Below, in pieces: positions 57,773 to 64,000 of a DNA stretch of 64,000 nucleotides (position 1 is the first letter of the stretch; every line of letters starts with the position of its first letter). The position numbers and the translations under genes were made by a program. The stretch is taken from NCBI GenBank assembly GCA_000092065.1, contig CP000589.1. One strand, written 5' to 3'. Source of the DNA: Ostreococcus lucimarinus (lineage: Eukaryota). The notes below the pieces were generated by a model, which searched no databases, was not told the origin of the DNA, and worked only from the letters and a program-made list of their open reading frames with translations.

Positions 57773-58429
57773 TCACCCCTCGGCGCTCGACGCCACGAGC
57801 ACCGAAGCGTCGCCGCCCTGACTTTTACCATCGTCGCTCGCGCTCACGACGTGGCTCATGTACGCGTTCCACGCGACGCCCGCGGCGTTGAGAAACAAAA
57901 TCCTCCCCGCTCGCGGCACGTACGCGAAATTGAACGCGTTCGCGAACGGCCAATAGCACGTGCCGCTGATGAACGTCTCCGCCGCCTTATCCCTAAACCT
58001 ATCGTACGCCGCCGTCATCGTCTCCCCCTCCAGCGCGCTCATGAAGAAGAAAAACCCAGCCGTGTACGTCGGGAACAGCACCGTGTGTCCGACGGCGACT
58101 TTCCTCGCCACCGTCGCCGCGTTCGTCGACGCCCCCATCGCGCGCTCGAGCGCGCGAAACGCCACGTGAAAGAACGGTCCGTGCAGCGCCGCGCCGACGA
58201 CGAAGAATCTCGCCGTGCGTTCGAAATCGTGTTCGAATCCCGCGCGCGCGTCGCGCGCCGTCGCCCGCGGCGCGTCATCTTTCGTCTTCAACCCTCGTCG
58301 CGACGCGGACGCGCGCGGCGCCGTCCCGCGCGCGTCCTCGCCCTCGCGCGCCGCGCGCGCCTGCAGCGCCTGGCACAGGACGTCACCGAGCGACATGACG
58401 CTCGCGGACGTCATCGCGGCGCGAAGCAT
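57773..58429 (-). CDS. Mpv17/PMP22-family membrane protein
   Basis: Family motifs GPFFHVAFRALE, FISGTCYWPFANAFNFAYVPRAGRILFLNAAGVAWNAYMS. First ATG 58429. Upstream track ORF sequence is artefact. Confidence 0.75.
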   Translation of the reverse strand: MLRAAMTSASVMSLGDVLCQALQARAAREGEDARGTAPRASASRRGLKTKDDAPRATARDARAGFEHDFERTARFFVVGAALHGPFFHVAFRALERAMGASTNAATVARKVAVGHTVLFPTYTAGFFFFMSALEGETMTAAYDRFRDKAAETFISGTCYWPFANAFNFAYVPRAGRILFLNAAGVAWNAYMSHVVSASDDGKSQGGDASVLVASSAEG

Positions 58430-58495
58430 GGCGATCGCGACGCGCCCGCGAGTGGCGACACCGGCGGCACTCCTCGACGGCCGGCGCGCGCGAGC

Positions 58496-59359
58496 ATGCG
58501 CGTCGTCGGCGTCGACGCGCGCGCGACGACGCGCGCGATCGTCTTCGGCGACCGCGCGACGCCGCGACGGCCCGCGCGCCCGCGCGCGCGCGGCGGGGCG
58601 GCGGCGAACGCGCGGACGCGGCGCGCGGTGACGCGGCGACGCGACGCGCGCGCGCGCGCGACGAACGACGAGGACGACGAGGCGGAGGACGACGAGGACG
58701 CGTCGACGACGCCGCGACGCGCGGGCGCGGACGCGAGCGATCCCGCGCGCGCGCGCGCGGAGGGGGACGCGTACGTCCAGGACAAGCTCGAGCGCGAGCT
58801 CAGGCTGCGAGGGAAAATATATCGCGCCGAACGCGAATTGGAAGAGAAAAAGGAAGAGATCGCGGACATGGGGGAGACGAATAAGAACACGATCGACGCG
58901 GAGGCGGATCTGGTGCGCGATCGGGCGTCGCTGGAGATCGGAATGGTGGCGGGTGAGCTGGACGCGGAGCTGGCGGCGCTCGCGGACGAGGCGCAGGCGG
59001 CGAGAGAGCGAAACGCGAGAGTGAAGAAAGAGATCGAAGAATTGGCGGAAGAGTTGCTCGGGAGCGGACAGAGGGTGAATAATGATTCGAAACCCGCGCC
59101 TGGGTCGCTGTCGGAGCTGAAGATGAAGGCGGTGGAGGCGGAGGCGGACGCGGTGGATAAACGCATGCAGGCGACGCTGCAGGACACGCAACGCGCGACG
59201 ACGTACACGATGGTGCTGCTGCTTCTGAGTTTCTTAGGGTTTACCCTCGTCGCCGAGGGCGCGTACGATAAGTTTGCCGCCGTCGCGGGTGCGTTCGCGC
59301 TCGTCGCGTATCAATCGCGCGCCGAGTTGCAGGCGAAGAGCAAAGGCAAGCAGCGGTGA
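58496..59359 (+). CDS. coiled-coil protein with single C-terminal TM helix (tail-anchored?), unknown function
   Basis: ATG 58496 within track ORF 57851. Coding-like coiled coil from about 58740 (KLERELRLRGKIYRAERELEEKKEEIADM...), C-terminal TM TYTMVLLLLSFLGFTLVAEGAY. The GC-hyper-rich first 80 codons may be 5' UTR; start uncertain. Confidence 0.35.
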   Translation: MRVVGVDARATTRAIVFGDRATPRRPARPRARGGAAANARTRRAVTRRRDARARATNDEDDEAEDDEDASTTPRRAGADASDPARARAEGDAYVQDKLERELRLRGKIYRAERELEEKKEEIADMGETNKNTIDAEADLVRDRASLEIGMVAGELDAELAALADEAQAARERNARVKKEIEELAEELLGSGQRVNNDSKPAPGSLSELKMKAVEAEADAVDKRMQATLQDTQRATTYTMVLLLLSFLGFTLVAEGAYDKFAAVAGAFALVAYQSRAELQAKSKGKQR

Positions 59360-59461
59360 CGCGACGTCAACGAAATGATGCGGTGTTGATACACTACTAA
59401 AACTATAGCCGCGGCGCGATTTGTGACGCAAACAACGATGTTCACGCGCCGAAATGTTCTC

Positions 59462-60208
59462 TCACCCGTACGGCGACGAATTCGCCCTGAACTGCATCGC
59501 CGTCGAGAGCTCTGGACACTTTTGACGAAAACCGAGCCGTTCGTACAACCCGACAACCTTGTTTTCCGAATACAACCCCACGTTGCAAATGTCTTCCTCT
59601 AAAATTTTATCCACGATGCGTTCCATCAACCCTTGCCCTATGCCGTGTCGTTGCCACGCCGGCGACACGACGACGTCCCACACCGTCGCGTGAAACGTCC
59701 CGTCGCTCGTCGCTCGCGCGAATCCCACCACCTCCCCCTCCTTCGCGAACCGACTGTCTCGCGTCGTCGTCACCCACAGCGCGAGGTATGAATTATCCAC
59801 CGCCTTTTGCAGCTTATCGCACGCCCTGGAGCTGAATCCGACGGACACGAACAGCGCGTTCAGGCGCTCGAAGTCTCGCGACGGCGCCGCGACGGCGTCG
59901 TCAAAGTCAAACCGCAGTCCCATCTCCGCGAAGTACGCGTCCGGTCTCGACAGCTCCCGGCGGAGCGTTTCGGCTTTTCGCGTCGCGCGCGAGGCGTCGA
60001 GCGCGCCCAGGACGCCGTCGCTATCGTCGGCGCGTCGACGATCGGCTTCGGTCATTCGGTTCGGGGCGTCGGGGACGTTCAGAAACGGGTTCCACTTCGC
60101 CGGGAACGCGCGCGAGGGCGCCGCGCGACGTCGGCGCGCGCGCGCGCGGTGTCGACCGCGCGTCGACGTCGACGCGGGCGATGGAAGACGCGCGACGGGC
60201 GCGGACAT
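59462..60208 (-). CDS. GNAT-family acetyltransferase (NSI/SNAT-like) with plastid-transit-like N-terminus
   Basis: Motif A VWDVVVSPAWQRHGIGQGLMERIV. Arg/Ser/Ala-rich N-terminus MSAPVARLPSPASTSTRGRHR. ATG at 60208..60206. Confidence 0.7.
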   Translation of the reverse strand: MSAPVARLPSPASTSTRGRHRARARRRRAAPSRAFPAKWNPFLNVPDAPNRMTEADRRRADDSDGVLGALDASRATRKAETLRRELSRPDAYFAEMGLRFDFDDAVAAPSRDFERLNALFVSVGFSSRACDKLQKAVDNSYLALWVTTTRDSRFAKEGEVVGFARATSDGTFHATVWDVVVSPAWQRHGIGQGLMERIVDKILEEDICNVGLYSENKVVGLYERLGFRQKCPELSTAMQFRANSSPYG

Positions 60209-60345
60209 GTCCCGTCTCGTCGAGGCGCGTTTTGACGCGACGCGACGCCGCGATACCGCGCGTGACTACACGTGCTATCTCGACGACGCCGTCGCGGCGT
60301 CGACGATCGTTTAGAGTGCCTAACTATTCGCGCGCTCTCGCGCGA

Positions 60346-60885
60346 TCACGACGCTTTCTTCGACCTCGATCGCGTCGTTCGCGTCCTCGACTTCGCCTCG
60401 GCGTCCGCCGCGGCGTCCCCGCGTTCGCGAAACATCCGCGCCGTCACCTCCGCCTGCGAGATGTCCCGAAACAGCGGAATCGACGACCGCAACCCCTCGT
60501 CTAAATCGAACGTCTCGTTCGCGCGTCTGCCACCGTCCAGGACGTACTCGCTCGGGTCCGGGTCCGTCGCCCCGAACGTCGTCGCCGCGTCGTCCGGCGT
60601 CGACATCAAGTTCAAGCACTCGTACCCGACGAACGCGTACAGGCAGCTCGCGATGAGCCACATCGGCAGCGCGCGCGCGTAGTGCCTCGCCGCCGCGCCC
60701 GACGGCGCGCCGAGCCGCTCGAGCGCCGCTTCGCTCGCGAAGACGCCGACGAGCCAGAGCGCGAACGCGAGCGTCGTGAGCGCCATGCCGGCGAATCCGT
60801 ACGCCTCGCTCGGCGAGACGTCGCGAAGTTCGTCGTCGTCGCGCGCGTCGTCGCGCGGCGCGCGCGCGCGTCGTCCGCGCGGCAT
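60346..60885 (-). CDS. small hypothetical membrane protein (179 aa)
   Basis: First ATG 60885 in track ORF 60346..61710 (the rest is antisense to ECT). Two TM helices (MALTTLAFALWLVGVFA; ALPMWLIASCLYAFVGY), basic C-terminal tail. Confidence 0.3.
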   Translation of the reverse strand: MPRGRRARAPRDDARDDDELRDVSPSEAYGFAGMALTTLAFALWLVGVFASEAALERLGAPSGAAARHYARALPMWLIASCLYAFVGYECLNLMSTPDDAATTFGATDPDPSEYVLDGGRRANETFDLDEGLRSSIPLFRDISQAEVTARMFRERGDAAADAEAKSRTRTTRSRSKKAS

Positions 60886-60981
60886 GACGCGTCGCGATGT
60901 GAATCGCGATGCGAATCGACGCGACGCGACGCGACGGCAGAAGCGCGCGCGGTCGCGGCGTCGGTCGACGCGCGCGACGCG

Positions 60982-62157
60982 ATGGCGCACGTCTTCGTCG
61001 CGGGCGCGTTGGTCGGGTACGGCGTCGCGCGCGCGCGGCGTCGCGCGCGCGCCGGCGGCGACGACGCGGGCGATGTCGACGACGCCCCGCGCGCGACGAA
61101 AACCGACGACGACGCGCCGAAGAAGCGCCCGATCGTCGTCTACATGGACGGATGCTTCGACACGATGCACTACGGACACGCGAACGCGCTGCGACAGGCG
61201 CGGGCGTGCGGGGATAAGCTGCTGGTGGGGGTGGTGAACGACGCGGAGATTCGACGGTGCAAAGGACCGCCGGTGTGCGACGAACGAGAGCGCGTCGAGG
61301 CGGTGGAGGCGTGCAAATGGGTGGACGGTGTCATCACCGACGTGCCGTATGAAGTCACGGACGCGTTCACGGATGAGCTGTTCGCGAAGCACGAGGTGGA
61401 TTACGTGATACACGGCGACGACCCGTGCCTGTTGCCGGACGGCTCGGACGCGTACGCGTATCCGAAGCGGATCGGGAGGTACAAGGAGATAAAACGCACG
61501 GAGGGGGTGAGCACGACGGATATCGTTGGGAGATTGCTTCGAATGGGCGCGCGCGCGGCGGGTGAGGAGGTGAAGGAGGAAGAGGCGAAGGAGGCGACGT
61601 TTTGTACGACGTCGGCGCGCATCGCGCAGTTCGGGACGAACGCCGGCGTGCCGACGGATGCCAAGGTGGTGTACGTGCACGGCGCGTTCGATGTGTTTAA
61701 TCGTGGACATATTGATTTATTACGCCAGGCGAAGACTCGCGGTGATTTCGTGCTCGTCGGCGTGCACGCGGACGCGGAAGTGCGCGCGAGACGCGGCGCC
61801 GAACATCCGGTTTTGAACGAGAAGGAGCGCGCGTTGAGCGTCTTGGCGTGTAGATACGCCGACGAGGTCGTCATCGGTGCCCCGGCGATGATAACGAATG
61901 ACTTATTAACCACGTTCAACGTCAAGGTCGTCATCGCGGAGGATGACGAGCCGTACGCCGTCGGCGGCGTCGACGTCAACGCGCTCGCCGTCGAGCGCGG
62001 GTTGTACGAGCGCGTCCCTCGCCGACACGATTGCTCCGTGCTCGGCGTGGCGAAGCGCATCATGGAGAATCGCGCCGAGTTCGAGGCCAGAAACGCGCGA
62101 AAGACGAAATCCGAATCGGCGTATTACGCCGAGAAGAAGCACGTCGCCGAGTCTTGA
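60982..62157 (+). CDS. ethanolamine-phosphate cytidylyltransferase (ECT/PCYT2), tandem cytidylyltransferase domains with N-terminal membrane anchor
   Basis: Two HxGH motifs (CFDTMHYGHANAL; AFDVFNRGHIDLL) and RTEGVSTTDIVGRLL. N-terminal hydrophobic segment MAHVFVAGALVGYGVA. Track start 60682 is GTG; ATG 60982. Confidence 0.85.
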   Translation: MAHVFVAGALVGYGVARARRRARAGGDDAGDVDDAPRATKTDDDAPKKRPIVVYMDGCFDTMHYGHANALRQARACGDKLLVGVVNDAEIRRCKGPPVCDERERVEAVEACKWVDGVITDVPYEVTDAFTDELFAKHEVDYVIHGDDPCLLPDGSDAYAYPKRIGRYKEIKRTEGVSTTDIVGRLLRMGARAAGEEVKEEEAKEATFCTTSARIAQFGTNAGVPTDAKVVYVHGAFDVFNRGHIDLLRQAKTRGDFVLVGVHADAEVRARRGAEHPVLNEKERALSVLACRYADEVVIGAPAMITNDLLTTFNVKVVIAEDDEPYAVGGVDVNALAVERGLYERVPRRHDCSVLGVAKRIMENRAEFEARNARKTKSESAYYAEKKHVAES

Positions 62158-62295
62158 CACCCCCGCGGCGCGCGTTCGCCTCGCGCGCTCGACGTCTACA
62201 TTTAAACGATTGATTGATACGCTAAAATTACACGCATTCGACGATAAACTCACTCGCGCGCCACCCCCACCGTCGCCCTCCGCCTTCCTCGCGGC

Positions 62296-62664
62296 TCACG
62301 GAATCTGTCGATTATACGGTTGCGACCCCCCCAGCGCGGTTCGCTCCGCGCGCTCCGCCTTGACCCGCTCCACGATCGGCGTCAGGTAAAAATCAAACGG
62401 CGTCTGCGTCGCCTGCTCCTCCTTCGTCAGATACGAGTGTTTCATCGACAGATCGATCGCTCGCTTCAACCGCTGCGCGCGCATGTCCCGCTCCTCCGCC
62501 GTCAGCCGCTTCAGCGCCTCGCCGACGTCCAAGTCTTGGCCCTCGTCGAGCAGATCGTCGTATCGCAAGCCGTATTTCCGCAGTTCATCCCCCACCGTGC
62601 GTCGGTAGTTGACGGACATCGACTTGAGCATCGGTTCGAGCATCTTTCGCATCGCGCGCGACAT
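62296..62664 (-). CDS. QCR7: cytochrome b-c1 complex subunit 7 (14-kDa ubiquinol-cytochrome c reductase subunit, QCR7/UQCRB)
   Basis: QCR7-like GLRYDDLLDE...EALKRLTAEERDMRAQRLKRAIDLSMKHSYLTKEEQ. 122 aa from the first ATG (62664). Upstream part of track ORF is artefact. Confidence 0.65.
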   Translation of the reverse strand: MSRAMRKMLEPMLKSMSVNYRRTVGDELRKYGLRYDDLLDEGQDLDVGEALKRLTAEERDMRAQRLKRAIDLSMKHSYLTKEEQATQTPFDFYLTPIVERVKAERAERTALGGSQPYNRQIP

Positions 62665-62870
62665 GGCGCGCGTCGTCGTGTCGCGTCGCGTCGCCGGCGA
62701 TCGCGATCGCGGTCGAGTCTCGGTGTCGGTTCGAGTCACCACACGGATCATTACGTCGTTTGAGACTGTGTACCACACGGACGACGACCGCGCGACGCCG
62801 GACGCGACGCCGCGCGCGCCAGACGACGGCGCGCGGGCGACGGCGGCGCGCGAGGTCGCGCGCGCGCGCG

Positions 62871-64000
62871 ATGACGTCGTCGTCGATCGACGACGCGCTC
62901 GACGTGCGATATCGCTGCGTGGAGACGACGACGCGACGCGATGAAGATTCAAACGCGCGGGAAACGTCAACCGTCGCGACGCGCGATTTCGAACGCGCGC
63001 GCGCGCTGATGGCGCGCGTCGGACGACGAGGGGCGCGCGACGCGCGAACGATCGTCGAGGACGCGTCGACGGGAGATGGGCTCGCGCGGACGATCGCGGC
63101 GGCGGCGAAGCGAGGGATGGAGCGAGGCGAGGACTGCGCGACGATTTTCGCGCGAGGCGCGGGCGACGACGACGCGGACGCGGCGCGAGCGGTGCGGGAG
63201 ATGGGAGCGGTGGCGATGGTGGTGGATGCGATGGTGGAGTCGTGCGAGGGGATCGATCGGGGGAAGTGGGAGGTGAGCGCGACGTGCGTGGGGTGGTCGA
63301 CGAGGGAACGGGCGGGCGGCGGCGCGGTGGATTTGTTGGACGACGCGTCGGCGGGGGACGAGGGGGCGGGAGTCGGGCGAGGGATGACGGTGGTGCACGT
63401 GGAACGCGCGGAGGACGGAGTTGTGGCGTTTGAGAGCGCGATGGCGCGCGCGGATGAGGTGTTTCGCGAAGGTGCGTCGACGACGGGGCGGCACGCGGTG
63501 TTTACGTTACGCTTGAAGTTGTGGGCGGAGGCGACGACGGAGACGGATGACGAGAGCGGGCTCGCGAACGAGCCCACGGTGACGCGCGTGCACTTTGTGT
63601 TTTTGGCGCCGTACGTGCCGGCGCCGGGGGCGTTCGATGGGCGAGACAGTCGCTCGGTGGCGGCGCGCATCGAGTGCACAAAGTCGACGACGGCGATGAT
63701 GGCGGTGCTGCGCGGTTTGCGGCGAAATCAGGGGCAACGAGGGACGACATTTCGCAACTTGAACGCCTGGCGGGAATCACCCCTCACGCGTTTGATGTGG
63801 GCGAGCGGGATGTCGGAACTTCGAAGCGCCATGCTCATCGTTCTTTGCTCGGACGCGCTGCGATACGCCGTGGAGGGTGACGAAACGTCGCCTCTCGTGT
63901 TGGCACCCGGGACCGAGGGCGCGTTGAAATTCGCGTTACAACTCAAGGAACATTCGGATGATGGCGATCCCGCACCGAGAACGCGTGCGCCTCCGGTGCC
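62871..64000 (+). CDS. kinesin-motor-fold protein with degenerate nucleotide-binding motifs (putative pseudo-kinesin); 3' end runs off the window
   Basis: My own translation; no stop, so absent from the ORF track. Four kinesin landmarks in canonical order and spacing, each mutated. P-loop position CATIFARGAGDDDADAA (vs GTIFAYGQTGSGKT). Switch I GASTTGRHAVFTL (vs SSRSHAIF). Switch II VTRVHFVFLAPYVPAPG (vs LVDLAGSE). Neck-linker/alpha5 region FRNLNAWRESPLTRLMWASGMSELRSAMLIVLCS (vs [25 protein letters not shown]). ATG at 62871. Confidence 0.55.
   Translation, partial: MTSSSIDDALDVRYRCVETTTRRDEDSNARETSTVATRDFERARALMARVGRRGARDARTIVEDASTGDGLARTIAAAAKRGMERGEDCATIFARGAGDDDADAARAVREMGAVAMVVDAMVESCEGIDRGKWEVSATCVGWSTRERAGGGAVDLLDDASAGDEGAGVGRGMTVVHVERAEDGVVAFESAMARADEVFREGASTTGRHAVFTLRLKLWAEATTETDDESGLANEPTVTRVHFVFLAPYVPAPGAFDGRDSRSVAARIECTKSTTAMMAVLRGLRRNQGQRGTTFRNLNAWRESPLTRLMWASGMSELRSAMLIVLCSDALRYAVEGDETSPLVLAPGTEGALKFALQLKEHSDDGDPAPRTRAPPV

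Noticed and set aside
1-64000. Possibility that this is bacterial DNA or a horizontally transferred island (SpoU, RluA, AI-2E, DHH, HDAH-like families present)
   Set aside because: The same window encodes eukaryote-only machinery (SMC3, CPSF73, 26S proteasome RPN7/RPT3, kinesin, SNAREs, OTU1, QCR7) with uniform GC3 codon bias, a spliceosomal intron and TGTAA 3' signals. The prokaryote-type families are ordinary organelle-derived nuclear genes.

Overview
This 64-kb window is GC-rich (about 65-70% by eye), gene-dense and almost intron-free eukaryotic nuclear DNA. I count about 42 protein-coding genes on both strands, roughly one per 1.5 kb. The gene content includes SMC3, CPSF73, two 26S proteasome subunits, a kinesin, SNAREs, a LOV-domain histidine kinase and a plasma-membrane Ca-ATPase. 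Together with the strong GC3 codon bias and the compactness, this suggests a picoplanktonic green alga of the Mamiellophyceae (Micromonas/Ostreococcus-like). That is an inference from composition and gene repertoire; no search was run. All family calls rest on motifs I recognise in the translations. Many ORFs in the supplied track start at TTG or GTG, so I moved start codons to the first in-frame ATG where homology supports it; starts are approximate. The many long Arg/Ala/Ser-rich ORFs antisense to real genes are high-GC frame artefacts. I found no rRNA, tRNA, CRISPR array or transposon. Five points seem most worth a second look.
1. A single ORF fuses three tRNA-wybutosine enzymes (TYW3, TYW2 and a TYW5-like JmjC hydroxylase; 53596..56631).
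2. A kinesin-fold gene at the window end (62871..>64000) has all three nucleotide-binding motifs degenerated, a probable pseudo-motor.
3. A LOV-histidine-kinase photoreceptor lies at 29337..32126.
4. The only detectable spliceosomal intron (46887..47113, GTATGT...CAG) splits the HDAC domain of an ankyrin-HDAC gene and is a candidate Micromonas-type introner.
5. A Q-SNARE (34868..35788) ends in a CaaX box instead of a transmembrane anchor.
There is also a striking compositional asymmetry. Divergent (5'-5') intergenic regions are CpG-dense with microsatellites, whereas convergent (3'-3') intergenic regions are short and AT-rich with TGTAA-like signals.
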